A DNA stretch of 64,000 nt, taken from IMG/VR virus record IMGVR_UViG_3300034062_003964, positions 1-64,000 of that record, one strand, 5' to 3'. Within the stretch, counting starts at the first letter, position 1. Each line of letters starts with the position of its first letter. The notes under the pieces are model-generated. The model made no database searches. It was not told where the DNA came from and saw only the letters and a list, made by a program, of their open reading frames with translations. Shown in pieces: positions 10,441 to 19,500 of the stretch. The stretch is from a virus. A program made the position numbers and the translations under genes.

Positions 10441-11820
10441 TTAAGATTGTTGTTCTTTTTGCTTTTTCTTTTCTAAAAGCTCTTTGATTCTATTTCTGTT
10501 TCTATCTTCTTTCTGTTCTTCTAAACCTAAGAAAGTAACACTTTGTTCTGTATCTATTTCAAGCATTGCATTGTCAAATTTACAATTTTCAAACACAATA
10601 CCGTCTTTTCCGATTCTTGATTTTGTAATCGCTATGGTTGCCAAGTTCATTTCTTTTTGTTGTAATGATTTAGCAATCGTAATGATTACGTGACCAACTT
10701 GAGCCTTTTTAATTGACCCCCCCATTTGGTCTGTGGTTACGACATCTGATGAAATCGAATTACGATTTCCTTGTGTTGCCGTCCATCCTGCGATATCCAA
10801 TTCGTGACACATCGCCTCAAATGCTCTCATAACCGAACCTTCACTTTTCCACTCATCTGCCAACATTTTATCAGGAACTACACAATCAATGTAGTCTAAG
10901 ATAATCATATCTACTTTATTACCCTCAGCAATCATTTTTCTAACCTGATTTTTAATCTGATTCATAGTTACTGTATCTGAAGGTAACTTTTTCATTATCA
11001 ATTTATTTTTTCTTGTAGATTGGATGTGTCTTACTTTTTCAATAACATCTTCTCTATTTTCTGTTAAATCGTCAGGGTGAATTCCAGTCCAAAGAGTGAT
11101 GTGTTTTCTTTGGATAATTTTAGGATTGTCTTCAAAAAATATTTGTAAAACATTGTATCCCAAATTAAACGCGTGGTTTGCAATCTTTGTCGTAAATGTA
11201 GACTTACCAACCCCTGTAGGTGCTAATATAACACCAATTTCTCCTTTTGCCAAACCTCCACGAAGAAGATTGTCAATACCGGGAATTCCAATTGGAACTG
11301 GATGTCTATAGTCGTCATCTAAAACCTCTTCAAGGTTAAAGAAAACGTCGGTTGTTCCTTTATCGACCTCACCAACCTGTAACGCTCCTCTTACCATTTC
11401 TTCTAAGTGGTCATAACTTTCAAACTCACCTTTATCAATGATTGATTGAGCCTTTGTCATAACCTTCTGTAATTCTTGTTGTTTACAGAATTTTAATGAC
11501 TTCTCTTGAACAAAGATTGAACCTTCATCAGATACGTCTTTTACTTGTTGTAGTGTGTCCAAAACACTCTTCTGAGCCATTGGAGAGGATATTTCTGACT
11601 TTGTTAGTTGTTCTAAAGTATCAAATGTAGGAGTATGTTCATATTTTGAATAATACTCCTTAATCATTTGACAAATGATACGAAAATACTGGTTATCAAA
11701 GTAATGTGGGTCAATGACTTCGAGAATCGAATTTGAGAAATCCTTGTATACTATGATGTTATTTAACAACTGAATTTGAAAGGTATTTCCTAAGTATCCG
11801 AAGCTTTTTTTGTCTGACAT
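10441..11820 (-). CDS. Replicative DnaB-like / T4 gp41-like helicase
   Basis: Walker A APTGVGKST, Walker B IILDYID, WTATQGNR, KSRIG arginine-finger region. Confidence 0.92.
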   Translation of the reverse strand: MSDKKSFGYLGNTFQIQLLNNIIVYKDFSNSILEVIDPHYFDNQYFRIICQMIKEYYSKYEHTPTFDTLEQLTKSEISSPMAQKSVLDTLQQVKDVSDEGSIFVQEKSLKFCKQQELQKVMTKAQSIIDKGEFESYDHLEEMVRGALQVGEVDKGTTDVFFNLEEVLDDDYRHPVPIGIPGIDNLLRGGLAKGEIGVILAPTGVGKSTFTTKIANHAFNLGYNVLQIFFEDNPKIIQRKHITLWTGIHPDDLTENREDVIEKVRHIQSTRKNKLIMKKLPSDTVTMNQIKNQVRKMIAEGNKVDMIILDYIDCVVPDKMLADEWKSEGSVMRAFEAMCHELDIAGWTATQGNRNSISSDVVTTDQMGGSIKKAQVGHVIITIAKSLQQKEMNLATIAITKSRIGKDGIVFENCKFDNAMLEIDTEQSVTFLGLEEQKEDRNRNRIKELLEKKKQKEQQS

Positions 11821-11859
11821 ATTATATGATTTTTTTATTTTTGTATATGATAAATATGA

Positions 11860-12312
11860 TTAAACTAACGAATAGTTTAAGTAATTGTAAGATAAATTTT
11901 TAGCTGAAAAAATGTCAGTAAGCTCTCTTAATATGTTTTTTATGGATGGCCTTACGTCCAGCGTATATCTTACCTTCGGTGGGTATAATTTAGCGTCGAT
12001 GATATGGTGACAAATTGTCTCATTACCTACCCTTAAAATAATGTTAAATCTTTCAGGACCATCAGTATTAGATGTCTCTAACACATTTGAGTCCTCCTCA
12101 ATTTGAAATCTATTTTCCAACATATAAACAACACACTTATTTCTAAGTTTGGTTTGTAAATCGGTTTTTAGTTCGAACATGTAGCTCATCAACTCTACAC
12201 TACTTTTTGCTTTTGGGTTAAACCCTTTGACATTAAAGAATCTTTGAACCACAAAATTATCATTTAATGTGATAAGGAATTCAACTTTAGTTACGTCATT
12301 TTGTTCTTTCAT
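11860..12312 (-). CDS. Hypothetical protein in replication operon
   Basis: 150-aa ORF packed tightly between exonuclease and helicase; no motif recognised. Confidence 0.7.
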   Translation of the reverse strand: MKEQNDVTKVEFLITLNDNFVVQRFFNVKGFNPKAKSSVELMSYMFELKTDLQTKLRNKCVVYMLENRFQIEEDSNVLETSNTDGPERFNIILRVGNETICHHIIDAKLYPPKVRYTLDVRPSIKNILRELTDIFSAKNLSYNYLNYSLV

Positions 12313-12316
12313 AATT

Positions 12317-13324
12317 TTACTTTTTGTTTTTGAATTTTGACTTTTCTTTTCTTGTTAACTTTAAAAACGGTTTTAAAAAATAAGTCCAATTATCATCTGT
12401 TTTTGGTAGGTATTTAAATATCCCGTCTTCCATCATCATACGAATTAGGTTTTTATATCCCCTACCATCAGGGTCTAATGATTCTGAATAATACGCATCA
12501 ACTAATTCTTTACCTTTTTGATTTATAAGTGGTTGACTTAAATCAACAAGTTTTCTGTTTATCACATAATACTCATCACCAAATACACCCTCTTTTGTTT
12601 TTCCAGACAAAAGATTTTGTAATGATTTGTTGTCCTTATTTTCTTTAAGGAGTTCTTCCCCTTTAGATAAAATATCGGATAACTCAACCTCTTTTTCAAG
12701 TAGCTCAGGAAAAAACTTAAATAAAGTCTTTTCACCTAAATAAAAAATACCGTCGATGTTATCGGATGAATCACCTGTAAGGATTTTAATAGTTTTGACA
12801 TTATAATGGGGAACTTCAAAATCGCTCATTTTGATTGTATCCCCATTCTTATAATATCTTTTTGTGGATGGTGAATAGATAGTTACCCTTTCAGAAATTA
12901 ATTGTGTAAGGTCTCTATCACTCGAGAATATTGTTTTATCCTCGTCTTCAGAAATTTGGCAGTAATAAGCAATTAAATCATCAGCCTCTGAATGGTCAAT
13001 TTCAACTTGTCTAACAAACATTTCTTCAAGGTATTGTTTAACTCGTTGTTTCTGACTTTCGTAAGAAGCTTGTTTGAACTCATTAGAATCGTTCCTACGG
13101 TTTAACTTATACTTGGGGTATATCAACCTTCTCTGTGATGAGTTCGTGTTGCTATCCCAAAATACAACAACTTTATTATAGTTGGTTTCTTCCAAGAACT
13201 TTCTTAAAGTATTCAAAAAGTGCCAAATCGCACCGATATGTTGTCCATTGTGAAAGTAATCTTTCACTCCGTGAAAACCAATTTTTATCAAATTGTTTCC
13301 ATCAACCAATAAGGTTTTCGTCAC
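12317..13324 (-). CDS. 5'-3' exonuclease / flap endonuclease (PolI N-terminal / T4 RNase H-like)
   Basis: LLVDGNNL, YPKYKLNR, EADDLIA, SSDRDLTQL, GDSSDNIDGI..LGEKT (H3TH motif); GTG start. Confidence 0.93.
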   Translation of the reverse strand: MTKTLLVDGNNLIKIGFHGVKDYFHNGQHIGAIWHFLNTLRKFLEETNYNKVVVFWDSNTNSSQRRLIYPKYKLNRRNDSNEFKQASYESQKQRVKQYLEEMFVRQVEIDHSEADDLIAYYCQISEDEDKTIFSSDRDLTQLISERVTIYSPSTKRYYKNGDTIKMSDFEVPHYNVKTIKILTGDSSDNIDGIFYLGEKTLFKFFPELLEKEVELSDILSKGEELLKENKDNKSLQNLLSGKTKEGVFGDEYYVINRKLVDLSQPLINQKGKELVDAYYSESLDPDGRGYKNLIRMMMEDGIFKYLPKTDDNWTYFLKPFLKLTRKEKSKFKNKK

Positions 13325-13345
13325 TTTTTTCTTTTTTAATTATTA

Positions 13346-14353
13346 CTACTCTACTTCTTCTCTTTCTGCTTTCAAATCAAAGTCACCATCAACTCCGATT
13401 ATCTCTTTCCAATACTCAGCATGTTCTTTCTTATACTTTTCAATGGATGCTTTCTCCTCAGTTGTATCTTTACCAGGAAGAAAACCATGTGGTGTTACAA
13501 TTATTCTTCCATCTTCAAACCCAAGTCCGTTGATGTGGTTTTTCATAACGGATACTTTTGTTCTTGATGCAAACTTAACCGTTCGCTTGTCTTTGGTTGC
13601 GGTAATCTTTGTCGTTCCCGCACCTTTTTGATTTCCAAATAAGAAAACCAAAGAAGAGTTTAACCAAATTGCTTCACCACCTTTTGCTTTAATTTTAGGT
13701 TGACCGAATGGATTATCAGGTAATTCAACCCACGGCTGATTTACGATGATTAAAGTATTTTCAAACTTAGAATCAGATTTACGTGAACCTGAAATACGTT
13801 GGTTAATACCCATACCAATCTTGTCTGCCAATGTAGAAGCGTTGTGTTGTTTACCACCTTTACCTTCATAAGTCATCTTACAAGGAACAGAACCAACTGA
13901 ATCCCACAAGAAACATAATGAATAATCCAATTCACCTTTTTCTTGTGCATCTAACAAACTATTAATGTAATCTGTAATTTGTTCGATGTATTCAAAGTTG
14001 TTATTAAAGATAAAGAATCCGTCCCAATCAAGTTCACCCGTTTCAGTATCAACAACTTCTTCACATTCAAATCCCATTATCTTTGCATGTTCGAAAGACC
14101 ATTTTTGTTCTGTAATAATAAACACAGGTAAAATACCTTTCTTTTGTGCATCGACAGCGGTTTTAACAAGTGCTGTTGTTTTTCCTGTATCGGAGTGACC
14201 CAATAACATATTTAAGTGTCCAATCGCAGGACCTGGTAAACCAACCGCATCTAAAAAATCAGAACCTAAATCAAAGAATCTTTGAGGTTTGTACTTTGCA
14301 GATGTAGAGAATTTTTTCTTTAGTGAACTAAAATCGTTCTTTTTAATAGCCAT
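13346..14353 (-). CDS. RecA/UvsX-family recombinase
   Basis: Walker A GHSDTGKTT, Walker B FLWDSVG, IIVNQ, KAKGGEAI and KNH motifs. Confidence 0.9.
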   Translation of the reverse strand: MAIKKNDFSSLKKKFSTSAKYKPQRFFDLGSDFLDAVGLPGPAIGHLNMLLGHSDTGKTTALVKTAVDAQKKGILPVFIITEQKWSFEHAKIMGFECEEVVDTETGELDWDGFFIFNNNFEYIEQITDYINSLLDAQEKGELDYSLCFLWDSVGSVPCKMTYEGKGGKQHNASTLADKIGMGINQRISGSRKSDSKFENTLIIVNQPWVELPDNPFGQPKIKAKGGEAIWLNSSLVFLFGNQKGAGTTKITATKDKRTVKFASRTKVSVMKNHINGLGFEDGRIIVTPHGFLPGKDTTEEKASIEKYKKEHAEYWKEIIGVDGDFDLKAEREEVE

Positions 14354-14574
14354 TATAGTTCGTAAATTTTAAAATTTGTTATAGTCTCCAACTTGTCTTT
14401 TGCGTCTGTAAGTTGTGTAACTAAATTATCCATTTCTTCGGTGTGTTGTGGGTGCTCTCCAATCCCAACAGGGTTTACAAAATAAACATAAAGTCTTGCT
14501 TCTGCATCTGCAATCTCTGCTTCATATTTTTTTATAAGAGCGTCTTTTAATTTTTCAGCTAAAAAAGGTTTCAT
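14353..14574 (-). CDS. Small conserved phage protein (PVGIGEH motif)
   Basis: 73 aa helical protein with NPVGIGEHP, a motif I recall from small proteins of T4-like aquatic phages; stop overlaps the recombinase start. Confidence 0.7.
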   Translation of the reverse strand: MKPFLAEKLKDALIKKYEAEIADAEARLYVYFVNPVGIGEHPQHTEEMDNLVTQLTDAKDKLETITNFKIYEL

Positions 14575-14589
14575 TTTTTTTTGATTTTA

Positions 14590-14627
14590 AAAAACTTGGA
14601 CACTTAGTCTGTCTGAGTGTCCAAGTT
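14590..14627 (-). terminator. Hairpin (terminator or processing site) after SSB gene
   Basis: Perfect 12-bp inverted repeat AACTTGGACACT (14593-14604) / AGTGTCCAAGTT (14616-14627), followed by Ts on the minus strand. Confidence 0.6.
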
Positions 14628-14636
14628 AAAGTTTAA

Positions 14637-15491
14637 TTAGAATGGCAAATCTTCTGCCGGTTCTTCGTTTGCTTGTGGGTCAACAGGGGTTGGTGTTTCT
14701 TGTTTTGCTCCCCCAAGAGAAATGTCTGCAGTTTCACCGTAAACATATTTTTTAAGTTCAGATGACCACATTGGTGTCTCACCAACTGCAACCGCCTCTA
14801 AATACTCAACAGGTTTTTTAGAATATACATCATTCCATGTCAACTCATCTTCCAACCATCCACTCATGATTCCTTTATCTTCGTGAAGTAATGCTGGGTC
14901 GTCATACATAACCGTTTGAATTACGGTATACTCTTTTCCTTGTGGAGTTTTAGCTTTCTTAAGTTCGATGATTAGGTCACGTCCTTTTTCAGCGTCTGTG
15001 ATATCACCTTTAGCTTTCCAAATAGGAAGGATTTTATCCAAAATACCTTCGTTTTTGTAATTGTGTTTGAATCTCCAAAATTTAACACCATCTTGTTCGT
15101 TGTCACGGTCAATTACTCTAACAATGTAGAATAAACGTGAACGGTATTGTGATGCCAATTCTTTGTCTTCTTTTTTACCCGTTTGGATAAGTTCGTTATA
15201 AACTTCTGTAAGTGGAGAACGTTCGTTGTCGTTTTTCTCAGGGTCGTATAATTTAACCCATTGTCCGTTAACTTGGATTTCGTGATACCAAACCTCAACA
15301 AATGGTGACGAACCATCTTTAGTTGGTAAGATACGAACTCTACGTTGTGCAGAAGTTTCGTTTTTCATTAAGATTGCCGAAAAATACTTCTTTAATCTGT
15401 CTTCTTGTGAGATACTTGTTCTCTGTGAACCACCTGGTTGTGCGTTCTTTTCGTACTGTGCTAGTACTGAATCTAATACTGAATTTGCCAT
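14637..15491 (-). CDS. Single-stranded DNA-binding protein (T4 gp32-like)
   Basis: RVRILP...PFVEVWYH, YIVRVIDRD..GVKFWRF, DITDAEKGRDL and acidic C-terminus EEPAEDLPF. Confidence 0.85.
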   Translation of the reverse strand: MANSVLDSVLAQYEKNAQPGGSQRTSISQEDRLKKYFSAILMKNETSAQRRVRILPTKDGSSPFVEVWYHEIQVNGQWVKLYDPEKNDNERSPLTEVYNELIQTGKKEDKELASQYRSRLFYIVRVIDRDNEQDGVKFWRFKHNYKNEGILDKILPIWKAKGDITDAEKGRDLIIELKKAKTPQGKEYTVIQTVMYDDPALLHEDKGIMSGWLEDELTWNDVYSKKPVEYLEAVAVGETPMWSSELKKYVYGETADISLGGAKQETPTPVDPQANEEPAEDLPF

Positions 15492-15526
15492 AAATAAATT
15501 TTTAATTATTACTCTTTTATCTACAA

Positions 15527-15557
15527 CAAATATAGGTGAATATTTAAGTTTGTCAAA
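15527..15557 (-). promoter_or_regulatory. Host-RNAP promoter for SSB-recombinase-exonuclease-helicase-nrdBA operon
   Basis: Minus strand TTTG-N19-TATATTTG matches the Bacteroidota -33/-7 consensus (TTTG...TAnnTTTG); it also reads as TTGACA-N16-TATATT. Confidence 0.7.
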
Positions 15558-15558
15558 T

Positions 15559-15587
15559 AAAAAAAGGGGGCAGAACCCCCTCTTTTA
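15559..15587. terminator. Intrinsic terminator
   Basis: AAAAAAAGGGGG-CAGAA-CCCCCTCTTTT hairpin between the 227-aa gene and the SSB promoter. Confidence 0.65.
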
Positions 15588-15610
15588 TTACATTATTTTT
15601 TTTATGTTTC

Positions 15611-16294
15611 TTACATATTATCTTCTTCCTTATCGTAAATATTAAATGTTTTTTTTACCTCGTTTGGGGAAAAGTTTTCAACTTCGTCAGATGTTAAAAC
15701 ATATTCATTTTTTCCAGTTTTTTCCATTTCTTCTTCTTTATCTTGGAAGAAATCTGTTAGTTTTTGATTATAAGGATAAGAATCTAAAGAACGTAACATT
15801 AATTTCTCTTCAGGTGTTTTCTCTCTATACTTATCAAATTTAGCTTCTAAGTCATTTATCTTAGACATGATTTGGTCCATGTTTTCTAATTTTGATGATA
15901 AGTCGTCTAATTTAGAAAACATATTATCCATAAACTCATCTTGTTTTTGTTGGATTTCTTGTTGTGAAGTTACAAGGTCAGTGATATCAATTTCCTCAGT
16001 TTCTTCATCTTGAGTTTTTTCACCTCCAACTTCCTCAACATCCGGGTCGTTTTCAACATCTACCGGTTCAGGAATTGCATCACCTGCCGGTGGAGTTTCG
16101 CCCGCTGGTGCGGCTTCTCCTGCCGGTGGAGCTATGTCTCCTGCCGGTGGAACACCACCTTCGGGTGCTCCCGCATCAGGAACCGGTGGAACATCACCTT
16201 CGGGTGCCGGAACTTCCGCCTGTTCATTTAAAATATAAGAATTAATTTGATTAAATCTTCTTAACTCTTCTAATATTTTTTTTTCTGTATTCAT
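15611..16294 (-). CDS. Pro/Glu-rich hypothetical protein, possible head-internal/scaffold-like
   Basis: 227 aa; basic leader ending ILNEQ, PPAGE/D repeats, coiled coil, SLDSYPYN motif. Confidence 0.7.
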   Translation of the reverse strand: MNTEKKILEELRRFNQINSYILNEQAEVPAPEGDVPPVPDAGAPEGGVPPAGDIAPPAGEAAPAGETPPAGDAIPEPVDVENDPDVEEVGGEKTQDEETEEIDITDLVTSQQEIQQKQDEFMDNMFSKLDDLSSKLENMDQIMSKINDLEAKFDKYREKTPEEKLMLRSLDSYPYNQKLTDFFQDKEEEMEKTGKNEYVLTSDEVENFSPNEVKKTFNIYDKEEDNM

Positions 16295-16306
16295 TTTGAT
16301 TATTCT

Positions 16307-16531
16307 TTACCCGTTTAGTAATGTTTTAACCCCTTGTGGTGTTTCAACTTTTAATGTTCTATTTGTTTTAAGAGTATTGTCAACTCTTTCTATTAGTCCA
16401 TCTTTCATTCTAATAGTATAACAATCCCCTGTGTCTAAATCACAAACTTCTTGGTAACCATTACCACTATCTTTTTTTGTAATTCTTGTATCTTTTTTAA
16501 GATAATCGTCTAAAAGTCCTTTCATATCCAT
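16307..16531 (-). CDS. Small hypothetical protein
   Basis: 74 aa with CDLDTGDC; preceded by TATTTAT motif. Confidence 0.7.
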   Translation of the reverse strand: MDMKGLLDDYLKKDTRITKKDSGNGYQEVCDLDTGDCYTIRMKDGLIERVDNTLKTNRTLKVETPQGVKTLLNG

Positions 16532-16563
16532 AATTTGTTTTATATATAAATATATCGTTATTG

Positions 16564-19500
16564 TTAATTGTTAAAAAGTTCGTAGGCTTGGGTAAAAATT
16601 TCAACAGTTTGGTTGTATGATGGTAAAATATTTCCATCTTTATCAGTAAACGCTAGTTTTGTCTTATCCATAATTTCAGTTGCCGTTAATTCTGGTGGGC
16701 CAAAAGCAATTGGTGTTAACCAAGTGGTAAATGCTAATTGAAAAAGTGCCTTTCCATAACTTCTATTTAAATCGGTATCTACATTAATGGTAACTAATTC
16801 AGGAATCATATTAATTAAACTTAACATAAAAGAATTAACAAACTCAATGGATTTTTGTAATGTATTAAATTTAACCAATGATTTTGATTTATTGTTAATT
16901 AATACACACGATTGAGCGGTTATCAAACTTGGTAAATTACCCTTAAATACATTTCCAGTGTTAATTTCATATGGGTTATTATTTATACAATTGAATACCC
17001 CATCATTTAAAGTTGTAGATGGCATCACTTGTAATAAACCATACAACAATGACCTCATTCTGACATCATTAGTTACAGCCTTTATTAATGGAACCACCTC
17101 ATCTTTAGTAAATGTAGTTTGTACTAAATCAACAAAAGGGATTGTTTTAAACATATCCTCAGGTGAACACTGATTTTGTGGACTTACTAATGTTGTTATC
17201 GTTGGGTTTTGACTTAATAATTTTTCGGATTCTAATACTTCGGGTTGTTTAGGTTTTTTGTCTTTAGCCGCAATTGCCTTTATTTCACTTAACACATCTT
17301 TATTTACGGATGCCAAAAGATTATCAACTTTAGGTAATGCGTATTTTGGTATTCTGGTACCTTTGAAATCGGTATCAAATCCACTTTCACTTATGTTATG
17401 ATTTACTTCCGTTATCCAATAAGGACCATAAAACATTGGTACGTGTCTTAATATAAAATACATTGTCGGTTGTATCATAGCATTACCCATAGATGTTACC
17501 CCACAACTGTACGACCTAGATTTATAAATACTATATAAAGACTGTGATTGTTGCCCAACCTTATCACCAGCAACTGAACTACCCATATCGGCAAAAACTT
17601 GGAAAGATTCAGATGTATTTTTCATTTCAGACATATCTAAACTTAAACTTTTAAATATGTTTTGATTTCTAATTCCAAAATCAACTGCAAATCCAACAAC
17701 TTTATTATTTAAAGAATAGTTTCCTTTAGGGTCAGAAACTCTTAGTGGGTTATCAGGAACTCTTAAATCAAAACTATCGTCTCCAAATCTATTAAACGTG
17801 TTTTCTTTTGGTTTTGGGTATTCAGAAGGATTCCCAATATATAAACATAAGAATTTAGGGCTTGATTTTGTGTAATCAACTTCAAGATATGTACCAAAAA
17901 GAGTATTACCTATTTCACTATCTTTTAATGGTTCTCCATTTTTTAAAGCCTCCTGTATACCATAAAAGTTTATGTAAGATGGCATTGCCATGAAAATAAA
18001 ATAATTATCTTCTAATATACTACTTATCAAAGACATTAATGATTGGTTTTGATTTGTATCCAATCCTATTCGTTTTACTACCTTTTCAACATCAACGGTG
18101 TAACTATTACCTAAATCAGAGTTAGCCCTATCCATAAAAAGAAAATCTTCAAATAAAGTAACAGTTTTTAAATCAGACCCCGCAATCCATTTATCGTTAA
18201 ATGTTTTTAGAGTATTATATAGTGAAAGTTTTGTTGCGTCCCCATTCATTGCGGTTTTTGGTAATCCATCATCTACTTCAATATTTTTTAATATAATATT
18301 AAGATTACTGAAAGTTTCATTAACCATTTTATCTTGCAAGTCATACCTATCTAACAAATAATTGTTAATATATGTTGTGAATTTATTTTTATCAAAACTC
18401 GAATCACTCCTTTTTTGTTCCACATACAACCTAATTAATGGATAAAGTAATTCTACATTAGTTTTTGTAAAATCAATATTGTTATCTATGAAAAAGTCAG
18501 CAACTAAAGATTTTTCAGTATTAGGTAAAGCTTGTGGTATAGGTACAAAGTTTGTTGGTTGTGTTGTTGTTTGCGTATTTTGGGGTGATGTAGAAACATT
18601 AGCAACTAAATCAATTTTATTATTTGTAAATCCACTCGGGTAATACTCAACAACCATAGTATAATTTGAAGGTGCGATATCTTGTACCGTACAAACAAAT
18701 GAGAAGTTTGTTGTAAAATTATTTTCATAAGATGACGGAACTTCATTTGTTGAATCTTCAATATTAGTGTTTGGTTGGTAGAATTTAATAAACCCTACTT
18801 TAGTAGACGTACTAACATTAGGGTCACCCACTATTTGGTAAACTTGGTATTGTCCATTTGTTTTTGTAACATTTATATATTCACCTGCGGTCGTTCCTGT
18901 TGTAAATAAAGATGAAGAGTCACCTATAAATTTAATTTGTATCGATGGTGTATTCGCAGTGGGTGTTGGTACACTATACGATGGGAATACAGGGTCGACT
19001 TGTGTCGGGTAGTCAATATTTTCAATTGTTGAAAACCCTAAGTATTTTCTTAATGTCTTCCAAGCTTCGGTATTTTTAATAATACTTTCAATTAAAGTTA
19101 CTGCAGAATTATCACCAGGTAAATTTGTTACCCGATAAGGGTTAAAAGTATATTTATCGGTGACTTGAAATTGTTGTAAATTAGAAAAAGAATCAAATAA
19201 TTTTCTTTCATATTTTGTTGGGTTTCCAATTTTCAACACACAATCAAAATTTAAAAATTCTTTAAGTGATGAATACATACTAACTAATTGGTTTTCACCT
19301 AATTGGTTTCCGTCGACATTTTCATCTACCTGGTCAAAAAATGCATCTTGTAGACTAAATATTTTGGATATTTGCCCCTTTAAAAGTTTTAAGTTTGAAT
19401 TTTTTAACCCACCAGGATTTGTATATGTACTTGTAATTGACTCATCATTTAAAATTAAATCTTTGGCGTTTGGTGTTAAACTACAAAAAGTTAAAAACTT

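Noticed and set aside
14593-14627. Shared AGTGTC core between this hairpin and the 6968-7042 repeats as a common operator
   Set aside because: Only 6 bp are shared and the flanks differ; not distinguishable from chance.
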